Shown piece after piece: positions 16,051 to 24,026 of a DNA stretch of 45,627 nucleotides (within the stretch, counting starts at the first letter, position 1; each line of letters opens with the position of its first letter). The position numbers and the translations under genes are program-made. The stretch is from Eubacteriales bacterium (GTDB taxonomy: Bacteria; Bacillota; Clostridia; Oscillospirales; CAG-272): the NCBI GenBank assembly GCA_045534435.1, contig JAZSJS010000087.1, forward strand, positions 1-45,627, given 5' to 3'. Under the pieces are notes generated by a model. The model saw only the letters and a list, made by a program, of their open reading frames with translations. It ran no database searches and was not told where the DNA came from.

Positions 16051-17934
16051 ATGAACAAAAAGCAGAGAAAGATGCTTGTACGCATCATCATCGCTGCGGT
16101 CATGCTGATAGGACTGAATTTTATCCCGGTTACAGGCATTCTGCAGCTTGTATTATATTTGGTAGCTTATCTTGTGATAGGTTACGACATCCTGCGTAAA
16201 GCAGGAAAAGGCGTTCTGAACCGCCAGATATTCGACGAGAACTTCCTGATGACCGTCGCAACACTTGGCGCATTTATCCTGGCAATCATCACCAAAAGCG
16301 GCGATTACGTCGAGGGCATTGCGGTTATGCTCTTCTACCAGATCGGAGAGTTGTTTCAAAGCTATGCGGTTGGTAAAAGCCGCCGTAACATCAGCAAATT
16401 GATGGACATCCGTCCCGATTATGCCAACATTGAAATTGACGGTATTCTTACGCAGATCGATCCGGATGAAGTGCCTGTCGGCAGTGTGATCGTCATTCAG
16501 CCGGGTGAGAAAATACCTCTTGACGGTATCGTGATCGAGGGCAACGGAAGTCTGGACACCGGTGCACTTACAGGTGAAAGTGTTCCCCGTGACGTTTCTG
16601 TTGGCGATGAAATCATCAGCGGCTGCATCAACATTAACAGCGTGCTGAAAATTCAGACCACCAAGGAGTTTGGAGAATCTACGGTTTCCAAGATTCTTGA
16701 TCTTGTAGAAAACGCAAGCTCTCGCAAATCCAAAAGTGAAGCGTTTATTTCGCGCTTTGCAAAGGTATATACGCCCGGTGTTTGTATCGGTGCGGTGTTG
16801 CTTGCAATTTTGCCATCTGTTCTCCATATGATGATGGGAATGCCCGGCGATTGGACTAATTGGCTGTATCGAGCGCTCACTTTCCTTGTTGTCAGCTGTC
16901 CTTGCGCTTTGGTAATCAGTATTCCTCTGAGCTTTTTTGCAGGTATCGGTGGCGCCAGCCGTGAGGGTATTTTGGTAAAGGGCTCCAACTATTTGGAGGC
17001 TCTGGCACAGACCAAATACGTTGTGTTTGATAAAACCGGAACGCTGACTCAGGGTGTCTTTGAAGTAAGCGACATTCAACACAATCAGCTAAGCGATGCC
17101 GAGCTGATCGAATATGCAGCTCTGGCGGAATGTGCATCCTCACATCCGATCAGCAAAAGTTTGCAAAAAGCCTACGGCCAAGATCTTGATCGAAACAGAG
17201 TGACTGATATGGAAGAAATCAGCGGTCACGGCATTACTGCAACGGTAGATGGACATAAGATTGCGGTTGGAAATGATAAGCTGATGAAAAAAATGAACGT
17301 CCGTTATGAGGAATGCAATAGCGTCGGCACAATCATTCACGTTGCTATTGACGGCGAGTATGCAGGGCATATTGTTATTTCCGATGTCATAAAGCCTAAT
17401 TCCAAGAAGGCAATATTCGAGCTAAAAAAAGCAGGGGTCCGCAAGAGCATCATGCTGACCGGTGATATCGAGCGTGTTGCCCGGCAGGTTGCATCAACCC
17501 TTGGTATTGACGAGGTGCATAGCGAACTTCTTCCGGGTGATAAGGTATCCCTGGTTGAAAAGCTACTCTCCGAAAAGGGTGTGCATGAAATGGTCGCATT
17601 TGTTGGGGATGGTATCAATGATGCGCCTGTATTGACCCGTGCTGATATCGGTATCGCAATGGGTGCAATGGGATCGGATGCAGCCATCGAGGCTGCCGAC
17701 GTAGTGCTGATGGATGATGACCCGATGCAGATTTCCAAGGCAATCAAGATTTCCAGAAAATGTATCAATATTGTAAAGCAGAACATCGTTTTTGCTCTGA
17801 TTATTAAATTCGGTTGCCTTGCTCTGACTGCAGTCGGTATTGCAAATATGTGGCTTGCTATTTTTGCCGATGTGGGCGTTATGATCATTGCTGTTCTGAA
17901 CGCCATCCGTGCGCTGAACGTGCATAAGCTCTAA
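16051..17934 (+). CDS. P1B-type heavy-metal translocating ATPase, Cd/Zn/Pb-type signature, lacking an N-terminal HMA domain
   Basis: Start at ATG 16051 (RBS agggagag). Motifs: TGES, CPC (VSCPCALVISIPL), DKTGTLT, GDGINDAP. Late TM helices have N..K (QNIVFALIIKFG) and DxG (FADVGV), which fit the P1B-2 subgroup. Confidence 0.85.
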   Translation: MNKKQRKMLVRIIIAAVMLIGLNFIPVTGILQLVLYLVAYLVIGYDILRKAGKGVLNRQIFDENFLMTVATLGAFILAIITKSGDYVEGIAVMLFYQIGELFQSYAVGKSRRNISKLMDIRPDYANIEIDGILTQIDPDEVPVGSVIVIQPGEKIPLDGIVIEGNGSLDTGALTGESVPRDVSVGDEIISGCININSVLKIQTTKEFGESTVSKILDLVENASSRKSKSEAFISRFAKVYTPGVCIGAVLLAILPSVLHMMMGMPGDWTNWLYRALTFLVVSCPCALVISIPLSFFAGIGGASREGILVKGSNYLEALAQTKYVVFDKTGTLTQGVFEVSDIQHNQLSDAELIEYAALAECASSHPISKSLQKAYGQDLDRNRVTDMEEISGHGITATVDGHKIAVGNDKLMKKMNVRYEECNSVGTIIHVAIDGEYAGHIVISDVIKPNSKKAIFELKKAGVRKSIMLTGDIERVARQVASTLGIDEVHSELLPGDKVSLVEKLLSEKGVHEMVAFVGDGINDAPVLTRADIGIAMGAMGSDAAIEAADVVLMDDDPMQISKAIKISRKCINIVKQNIVFALIIKFGCLALTAVGIANMWLAIFADVGVMIIAVLNAIRALNVHKL

Positions 17935-18040
17935 AGCAACGGCCCCGCACAAAAAAATATAATATGCCAAAGCCTACGGGTCCAAAAATCTCGGCAAGCT
18001 CGCTTCGTAGAACCCCTACTGCGGCTTGGATAAACAAAAA

Positions 18041-18070
18041 CAGAACATTTGTCTACCGACAAATGTTCTG
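18041..18070. terminator. Bidirectional rho-independent terminator (ATPase gene on + / tRNA operon on -)
   Basis: cagaacatttgtc-tacc-gacaaatgttctg perfect 13-bp stem, flanked by A-run and T-run. Confidence 0.85.
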
Positions 18071-18077
18071 TTTTTGT

Positions 18078-18163
18078 TGGTGGGAGATGGTGGATTCGGA
18101 CCACCGAAGCTAAAAAGCAACAGATTTACAGTCTGCCCCCTTTGGCCACTCGGGAAATCTCCC
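18078..18163 (-). tRNA. tRNA-Tyr (anticodon GTA), class II with long variable arm, CCA encoded
   Basis: Hand-folded: acceptor GGGAGAT/ATCTCCC, anticodon arm GCAGA-CTGTAAA-TCTGT, variable arm GCT-TTTT-AGC, T arm GGTGG-TCCGAAT-CCACC, then A-CCA. Confidence 0.85.
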
Positions 18164-18190
18164 ATATGAAGTCCACGGTGTGTGGACTTT

Positions 18191-18265
18191 TGGAGCTGGT
18201 GAACGGAGTCGAACCATCAACCTGCTGATTACAAATCAGCTGCTCTGCCATTGAGCCACACCAGC
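18191..18265 (-). tRNA. tRNA-Thr (anticodon TGT), CCA encoded
   Basis: Hand-folded: acceptor GCTGGTG/CACCAGC, D arm GCTC/GAGC, anticodon arm GCTGA-TTTGTAA-TCAGC, T arm GATGG-TTCGACT-CCGTT, then T-CCA. Confidence 0.9.
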
Positions 18266-18306
18266 GATCGGGTTCTTTTGCGACCTGTCGCCTTCGGAAC
18301 GTTGAT

Positions 18307-18335
18307 ATTATATCACTTTCCGTCTGTTTTGTCAA
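18307..18335 (-). promoter_or_regulatory. Consensus promoter for the tRNA-Thr / tRNA-Tyr operon
   Basis: Minus strand TTGACA-17 nt-(TGa)TATAAT, about 40 nt upstream of the tRNA-Thr 5' end. Confidence 0.75.
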
Positions 18336-18444
18336 GCCTTTTTTCAAAAAAAGATGAAAAAATCTTTCTTTAGTCTCATTCCCCTCTCTTTTTTGCCGCA
18401 AAAAAAGAAAAGAGCGCCGAAAAAGCCTTCGACGCCCTTTTTGA

Positions 18445-19431
18445 TCACACACTCTCCATGATCGCGCGATACAAATTTTGGGTATAAAGTCCAAACCCGA
18501 GATCGTTGGGATGGATGATAAAATCCGAATAGAAGTCCGAAATATGAGGCACAAAATCCCAGCCGCGGATCACACGCAGATTCGGAATATCCACGCAAAG
18601 CTCCTGCATCCATTCATGCACGCGGTAGGCGGGGATTCCGAACGCCGTCTTTTTCTCGGGCTCTCCGTACCACACGGGAGAGATGCCAAAAACCGAAGCC
18701 TCGGGATAGAGTTCATGCAAACGGCGGAAGAATGCCGGACAGTTTTTTCGAAAGGATTCGGGCGAGGTCTTGCGCCAATCGTTGATGCCGTATGCCACGG
18801 TGATGAAATCGGGCGCCTCGGGATCGGCATCCTGCAGCATTTCGGGGCAAAAGACGTCTCCACCGATTCCCTTGTTGGTCACGTCGGCATCCAAGAGCCT
18901 TGCCAATGCAATCGCGTAGGCATGCGAGGGATAAATGGCGTCGTAGCCCTGCGTGATCGAGTCTCCGAACGCAATCATCCTGCGCTTGCGAAAGAGCGGC
19001 TTGACAAAGCCGGCGCCCTCAAGCACGACGTTGCAAAGTCCCACCGTGCGCGACCACGGAAAATAGATTTCCACGGTCTTCTCCCCCTCCACGCGGAGCG
19101 GAAAGCTGACCTTCCCTCCCTGCATCGCGGAGCTTTCGCATCCCATGTGACGGATCATCGCGCCGTTGACGTAGACGTCAAACCAGGCATAGGCGCGGCT
19201 CGAGCCGACGAGCAACGCAAAATCAAAGGAAATTCCGGTCGCGTCGGTGGAAAAAGCCAGGTGAACACCTGCCGTCGCATTGGTTTTGTGGTAAAAGTCG
19301 ATTTGTCCCGCATCGAGATAGTACTGTGCCTGCGCCTCGGTAAAGCGGAAAAAGCGGAAATAGCCGTCCATTTCCTCCACACGGGTCACGCCCTTGGTGA
19401 TTGAGCGGATCTGCTCCAAATTCAGCTTCAT
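18445..19431 (-). CDS. SGNH/GDSL-family hydrolase with an N-terminal beta-sandwich-like domain
   Basis: Block I AFGDSITQG, block III GINDW, block V HPNDLG in the C-terminal half. Confidence 0.75.
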   Translation of the reverse strand: MKLNLEQIRSITKGVTRVEEMDGYFRFFRFTEAQAQYYLDAGQIDFYHKTNATAGVHLAFSTDATGISFDFALLVGSSRAYAWFDVYVNGAMIRHMGCESSAMQGGKVSFPLRVEGEKTVEIYFPWSRTVGLCNVVLEGAGFVKPLFRKRRMIAFGDSITQGYDAIYPSHAYAIALARLLDADVTNKGIGGDVFCPEMLQDADPEAPDFITVAYGINDWRKTSPESFRKNCPAFFRRLHELYPEASVFGISPVWYGEPEKKTAFGIPAYRVHEWMQELCVDIPNLRVIRGWDFVPHISDFYSDFIIHPNDLGFGLYTQNLYRAIMESV

Positions 19432-19452
19432 ATTAAATCCCTGTCCTTTCTT

Positions 19453-20742
19453 TCACGCTTCGCCCAGCATGATGCGAATGATCTCGCGATCTGTTCCGCT
19501 CATGCCGTCGCGTGCAAGTCTGCCAACGTTGCGAATAGTGTTCTCCACACCCTTGGTCACGATGCCGTCGCCGCCGTAGAACTGCCGCCCGGCGCGCATC
19601 ATTTCATATCCCATCACACCTGCCTCGACCGCCATCGCGATCTTTGCCGCACAGGATGCCTTGGCACCGTCGCAGATCGTGCCCGACAGGATGGCAACCG
19701 CATTGACCAGCGTGTGCGCGATCTCATAGTAGCGTCCGCCCTCCAAAAAGCAGATCCCTGTGCCGCATCCGCAGCCCGCACTGATCGCACCGCAATATGC
19801 CGACAGGCATCCGATTCCGGTCTTTTGATGCACGGTGATCAGATTGGAAACGATGAGCGCACGCAAAAGCGTTTCCTCATCGGCACCGATCGCACGTGCG
19901 TAAACGATCACGGGAACAGAGGCGGTAATGCCCTGATTGCCGCTGCCCGAAAGAATGCAGACAGGCTTCTCACATCCGCTCATTCTCGCGTCCGAGCCCG
20001 CCGCCGCATAGGCACGCGCGCGGTCACGCAGACTGCAGCTTCCGTTGGCATAGATCAGCTTTCCGATCGAAGCGCCGTAGTCTCCCGCGATTCCCTCCTC
20101 GGCAATTGCCATATTCATTTCGATCTGACGCAAAAGAAGCGGCTTCAGCTCCTCCAGATCGACCTCCTCCGCAAAGGTGATGATGTCCCTGACGTTGAGC
20201 AGCTCGCGGTCGGCTTGCCCTCCCGCATCGCACTCCTCTCGCACCGCACGGTAACGAGAGGTCAGATCGACACCGTCACGCTCCACACAATTGACGTTGG
20301 TATGGCGGTGCACCAGGTGCACGTACGCGCTATGCGTCTCCCAAATACCGGTCATCTCGATCTCAAACGGGTTGTCGGTCTCCAACTCGCGGATCTCCAG
20401 ATCCATGGTCTGCAGATAGCTTCCGAGCTCCGCGCGGCTTTGGTCGTTCAGAACGGTCAAGACCTCCAGCTTCTTCTCGGGACAGGCGGCGATCACGCCC
20501 GCGGCGATCGCCGCGGGAATCCCGTGCATCCCACCGGTTGCCGGCACAATGACACTCTTGACGTTCTTGATGATATTTCCGCTCAAGGCAACGCGGATGA
20601 TCCCCGGTCTTTCTCCGAGGGCATCCCGCAAAACCGATGCCGCAAAGGCGATCGCGATCGGCTCGGTGCATCCCATCGCGGGAACCAGCTCCTCCTTGAG
20701 GATGTCGCTGTATGTACGAATGACGTGTTGATCCAAGCTCAT
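19453..20742 (-). CDS. UPF0597 / YhaM(CyuA)-like L-cysteine desulfidase family protein (serine dehydratase alpha-like)
   Basis: Start at ATG 20742 (RBS aggaga). Family-typical N-terminus (LKEELVPAMGCTEPIAIAFAA), Cys-rich C-terminal half (CGAISAGCGCG, CDGAKASCAAK), about 430 aa like E. coli YhaM. Confidence 0.75.
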   Translation of the reverse strand: MSLDQHVIRTYSDILKEELVPAMGCTEPIAIAFAASVLRDALGERPGIIRVALSGNIIKNVKSVIVPATGGMHGIPAAIAAGVIAACPEKKLEVLTVLNDQSRAELGSYLQTMDLEIRELETDNPFEIEMTGIWETHSAYVHLVHRHTNVNCVERDGVDLTSRYRAVREECDAGGQADRELLNVRDIITFAEEVDLEELKPLLLRQIEMNMAIAEEGIAGDYGASIGKLIYANGSCSLRDRARAYAAAGSDARMSGCEKPVCILSGSGNQGITASVPVIVYARAIGADEETLLRALIVSNLITVHQKTGIGCLSAYCGAISAGCGCGTGICFLEGGRYYEIAHTLVNAVAILSGTICDGAKASCAAKIAMAVEAGVMGYEMMRAGRQFYGGDGIVTKGVENTIRNVGRLARDGMSGTDREIIRIMLGEA

Positions 20743-20768
20743 CACTCTCCTGCTTTCTGTCAAAAGAC

Positions 20769-21218
20769 TTATCCTTTTTGTTTGCTTCCAAAAAGCTTAC
20801 GCTTCACCCTTACGGCAAGCATCCACACAAGGTGGATCGGCTTTCGCAAGGGATAGATCGCATGCCAGACGGCAGCATAGCGACGATAGCGCCGATCATC
20901 TGCCATCACGTGACGGTCGCCGCGATAAAACTCGGTCACGACACCGAGAATCCACTCGTCCGGGACGGTCTCCTTGGCATAGGTATTGTCCCCTCGGATG
21001 ATATAATATCCGTCTCCGACACCGATGATGCGGTGAAGCACGTATTTTCCGTCGGGGCGCTTGTAAAGCGGCAGATCCCATTTGGAAAGCCGCCCCTCGC
21101 CCACCGGACGAATGATCACACGGTCTCGGCGATTCCGCAGCATCGGCCGCATACTCACACCGACGGTGGTGCTGACGTAAAAGCCCTGCTCGGCAAGTTG
21201 CTTTTCGATCGTATTCAT
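20769..21218 (-). CDS. Small cytoplasmic S24/S26-family serine peptidase (Ser/His, SipW/ER-type-like motifs)
   Basis: The real start is ATG 21218, overlapping the PqqD stop (ATGA). Motifs GVSMRPML (nucleophile Ser), LHRIIG (His where bacterial SPase I / LexA have Lys), YYIIRGDN. No N-terminal TM anchor. The long upstream extension in the tracked ORF is Arg/Gly-rich junk overlapping the PqqD gene. Confidence 0.7.
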   Translation of the reverse strand: MNTIEKQLAEQGFYVSTTVGVSMRPMLRNRRDRVIIRPVGEGRLSKWDLPLYKRPDGKYVLHRIIGVGDGYYIIRGDNTYAKETVPDEWILGVVTEFYRGDRHVMADDRRYRRYAAVWHAIYPLRKPIHLVWMLAVRVKRKLFGSKQKG

Positions 21219-21484
21219 TCCGCAAAAAGTCGGTTCTGTCTCAGCGTTTCCACAACGCCGCGAACGTCTGCGACAGCAACCTCGCGAGAGACCTCGTACT
21301 CGGCAAGCATCGCCTCCACCAGCTCCTCCTCGGTGCAATCCTTCTCTGACAGAAGTCTCCACAAAAACGCACCCGTCTCATTGAGCTGGATCATTCCGCG
21401 AAAGCTTTTGCTGGCTTCTCCGATCGGAACGGCAACGTAAGACGCACCCACCTTCTGAATGGTAAAATCCTGATTGATCTGCAT
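21215..21484 (-). CDS. PqqD-family protein (RiPP recognition element-type peptide chaperone)
   Basis: 89 aa, RBS aggaga. Typical PqqD pattern (LNETGAFLWRLLSEKDCTEEELVEAMLAEYEVSREVAVADVRGVVETLRQNRLF). Confidence 0.8.
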   Translation of the reverse strand: MQINQDFTIQKVGASYVAVPIGEASKSFRGMIQLNETGAFLWRLLSEKDCTEEELVEAMLAEYEVSREVAVADVRGVVETLRQNRLFAE

Positions 21485-21510
21485 AGTCGTTCTCCTGTTC
21501 TGTTTTTATG

Positions 21511-22209
21511 TTAAGATTTTCGCATGGTATTCCACGCCAAAAGCGCCGCCTCGTCGGAAATATTACATTCCAACACGTAATACGGCACGGCGCGCACAAG
21601 CGCATCCATCAAAATGAGCTGCTGCGTCACCGACTGACGGCTTCCGCGCAAATAAAGCTGATGCATCAGTCTGCTGATGACGTCCGACTCTGCAGCCGGT
21701 GTGATGCGATTCTCTGCTCCGCGCTCAATGAAGCAGACCGCCGCCAAGGGAGCGGAAATGTTCTCGCCCCAATTTTCCTTGCCGTTCCAGGGAGTTCCAA
21801 AGACGGTCATCGAGCCGTCCTCCTCCAAGCGGTAAAGCGGCTTGTCCCCGTTCAGAACACGCGCGTTCGGAACGTTTTTGAGCCAAAGCGCGGTATGCGT
21901 GGATTTTCCGACACCGCTTTTTGCGGTGAACGCGTAGGCATACCCATCAACCTCGATCACAGAGGAATGCATCAAAAAGATGTTGTACACGGGCAATTCC
22001 TCGCAAATATGACGGTAGAGGCAAATGCTTTCACAATATCCATCGGAAAACTCTCCGTACTTTTGCTCCTCCAGGATCTCATCGCTTGTAACCGATACCG
22101 TAAACGCGGCATCCGTTCCCTCACAGACAAAGCCGTGGCACTGACGCTCAATAAAGGAATATCGGTTGTCGATTCCGATCCGAATCCCTGCCAGCTTGAT
22201 GACAAACAT
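21511..22209 (-). CDS. HPr-kinase-related P-loop protein (HprK C-terminal-domain-like kinase)
   Basis: 232 aa, RBS agaggtg. Walker A TAKSGVGKSTHT preceded by LMHSSVIEVDGYAYAF, as in HprK-like kinases. No HprK N-terminal domain recognised. Confidence 0.65.
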   Translation of the reverse strand: MFVIKLAGIRIGIDNRYSFIERQCHGFVCEGTDAAFTVSVTSDEILEEQKYGEFSDGYCESICLYRHICEELPVYNIFLMHSSVIEVDGYAYAFTAKSGVGKSTHTALWLKNVPNARVLNGDKPLYRLEEDGSMTVFGTPWNGKENWGENISAPLAAVCFIERGAENRITPAAESDVISRLMHQLYLRGSRQSVTQQLILMDALVRAVPYYVLECNISDEAALLAWNTMRKS

Positions 22210-22232
22210 AGGGCACCTCTTTCTTTTTCTTC

Positions 22233-22261
22233 ATTTTAGCACAAAAGCCCTGCAAAAGCAA
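22233..22261 (-). promoter_or_regulatory. Extended -10 promoter for the HprK-like / PqqD / peptidase cassette
   Basis: Minus strand TTGCTT(22256-22261)-17 nt-(TGc)TAAAAT(22233-22238). Lies just downstream of a bulged hairpin that follows the EEP gene. Confidence 0.6.
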
Positions 22262-22320
22262 GCGCTTCCGTCCGGTCCGACGCACGCTTTCCCTTGTGAG
22301 TGATGCGTGCCGTCTTGATC

Positions 22321-23223
22321 TCAGCCGATCTCGGCTTCGATCAGGAGCGCGTTGTGATCGGAGAGAAATTCTCCGTACGGGCAACGGTTGGTGGCGGTAT
22401 AGATCATTTCATAGGTCAGCGGCTTGACCGTGTCGCTGACGAAAATATAGTCGATCCGCTTTCCCTTGGGATAGGGCTCGTCCGGTGCGAGCAGCGTGTA
22501 ATTCGGCGCCGAGCAATCGGCCGCGGTCAGCTCGGTCTTCTCTGCGATCAAAAGAGAATCACGCAAAAGCGAGGTGAAATTGCGATAGGTTCCCGAATCG
22601 GACTTCGCATTCATATCTCCCACCAAAACCACGGGACAGTCGGCAACGCCGTGCATTCTCTCCATGCGCGCCACGATCTTCGGAATCTCCGATACGATGA
22701 TATCAGACTGATATTCCACAATGGGAGAGGCAGCGTCGGACAGGTGGGTGTCGAAGAACAACAGATGCCGGCCGCTCTCGCGATCGCGCAGCATCACCCA
22801 CGCGCAAACACGGTCAACACCCCCGTTGTTGGGTGTCTCCAGCACCTCAAGCGATGCGTCCTCACAGCCCTCGGCTCGCGCCAGATAAAAATGTCCGCTG
22901 TCAATTTTTTCAAATTTACTTGTCTTATAAAAGATGTAACCGCCCTCACCGTGTGCCTTGGTTTGCGCACCCGTGCAGCCATATTCGGGCAACGCGGCGC
23001 AAAGACGCGTTTTCCATTCAAAATGCGTGATCTTGGTTCTGCCGTGATGGACACATTCCTTTGCCTCCTGCACCCCCACAACGTCGGCCCTCTCTCCCCT
23101 GATCATGTCGGCGATCAGCGGCACGCGGCGTTCCATCGTGGAATCGACGGTCTCACCCTTGGCATTGACGTTGGTATCCGCAACAGAGAAGCGGATGTTG
23201 AAATCCATGAGTCTCGTTTTCAT
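22321..23223 (-). CDS. Endonuclease/exonuclease/phosphatase (EEP) family protein
   Basis: N-terminal ADVVGVQE and C-terminal SDHNALL catalytic motifs, plus internal GDMN. Confidence 0.75.
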   Translation of the reverse strand: MKTRLMDFNIRFSVADTNVNAKGETVDSTMERRVPLIADMIRGERADVVGVQEAKECVHHGRTKITHFEWKTRLCAALPEYGCTGAQTKAHGEGGYIFYKTSKFEKIDSGHFYLARAEGCEDASLEVLETPNNGGVDRVCAWVMLRDRESGRHLLFFDTHLSDAASPIVEYQSDIIVSEIPKIVARMERMHGVADCPVVLVGDMNAKSDSGTYRNFTSLLRDSLLIAEKTELTAADCSAPNYTLLAPDEPYPKGKRIDYIFVSDTVKPLTYEMIYTATNRCPYGEFLSDHNALLIEAEIG

Positions 23224-23269
23224 TTTGGCTTACGCTCCTTTTCAGATCATTTTTGCACCTCTTCTGAAA

Positions 23270-24004
23270 TCACGGTGCCCGAAAATTCACAATAGCATCG
23301 TACATCTGCTTGAATTCCTCATATTTTGCCTCATCGGCGGACGCTCCCCAAACGTAGGAACGCGGCAAAAGGATCAGCGTGTCGGCGGGCAGCACCTTCA
23401 GGGCGTCGTAATACTGATACAGCGCGGTATCTCCAAGTCGGATCGCGCATCCGTGTCGCGCGCCGACAGGCTCCGTCTCAAAAAGCTCACTCAGCGGAAC
23501 CGCCACCTCACGAAGATTGCGCTGCTCAAAGACGTATTCACTCACCAACCAGACGCCTGCTTCACCCGTCATGGTGTAGGTACCGAAGGTTGAAAGATTC
23601 TCGTTGGAAAGATGCTTGGCGCTCTCGAAGGCATAAAGATCGATATTTCCCTGCGCATCGGTATAAAGCGGACGAAGCTCCTCCTCGGGAGTCACCGAAA
23701 AGGTCGTCATGATGACAGAGGTCGGCTGGCGCTTGCCATCCACCGTCTTTTCGGGGGCAACCGCCTCAAAGACCTCGATCACGCGGTTTCTTTCGTCCTC
23801 GTTCATCGTGTAGCTTCCCGCATATGCCAGCGTGACGTCGCCAACCTCCTTGGTGGCACACTGCACAAAGCAGATCAGTCCGACAACAACAAAAAAGGCA
23901 ACGATGATCACAGGCCATTTGTAGTGATACCAAAAATTATCCAACCATTTCAAAAAACGGTTCTCAACGACGATCTCTCTCGCCGTGCTCTTTTCTTGTT
24001 TCAA
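23270..24004 (-). CDS. Membrane-anchored hypothetical protein (one N-terminal TM helix, extracytoplasmic domain)
   Basis: TTG start with RBS aaagga. Hydrophobic helix WPVIIVAFFVVVGLICFV. No recognised motif. Confidence 0.5.
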   Translation of the reverse strand: MKQEKSTAREIVVENRFLKWLDNFWYHYKWPVIIVAFFVVVGLICFVQCATKEVGDVTLAYAGSYTMNEDERNRVIEVFEAVAPEKTVDGKRQPTSVIMTTFSVTPEEELRPLYTDAQGNIDLYAFESAKHLSNENLSTFGTYTMTGEAGVWLVSEYVFEQRNLREVAVPLSELFETEPVGARHGCAIRLGDTALYQYYDALKVLPADTLILLPRSYVWGASADEAKYEEFKQMYDAIVNFRAP

Positions 24005-24026
24005 AATTTGTTCCTTTCCGATACGC

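Noticed and set aside
13024-18077. Calling the lower-GC block a bona fide integrative mobile element.
   Set aside because: No integrase, recombinase or transposase is present. There are no terminal inverted repeats. Only an 8-bp match (gtggattc) to the tRNA-Tyr 3' region exists at the far end, which is within chance expectation. It is kept only as a compositional observation.
18126-18613. ORFs of 142 and 89 aa overlapping the tRNA-Tyr / tRNA-Thr genes and their promoter.
   Set aside because: They are read through two well-folding tRNA genes and an intergenic promoter/terminator region. There is no RBS and no recognisable protein features.
21219-21362. N-terminal 48-aa extension of the S24/S26 peptidase ORF.
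   Set aside because: The extension is Arg/Gly/Cys-rich and overlaps the PqqD gene out of frame. An internal ATG at 21218 forms a classic ATGA stop/start overlap with the PqqD gene and gives a normal peptidase N-terminus.
22210-22320. Possible precursor-peptide ORF upstream of the HprK-like gene (for example the MKKKKEVPY.. frame).
   Set aside because: The only ATG-initiated frame here overlaps the promoter and RBS of the kinase gene, has no Shine-Dalgarno of its own, and runs out of frame into the kinase gene.
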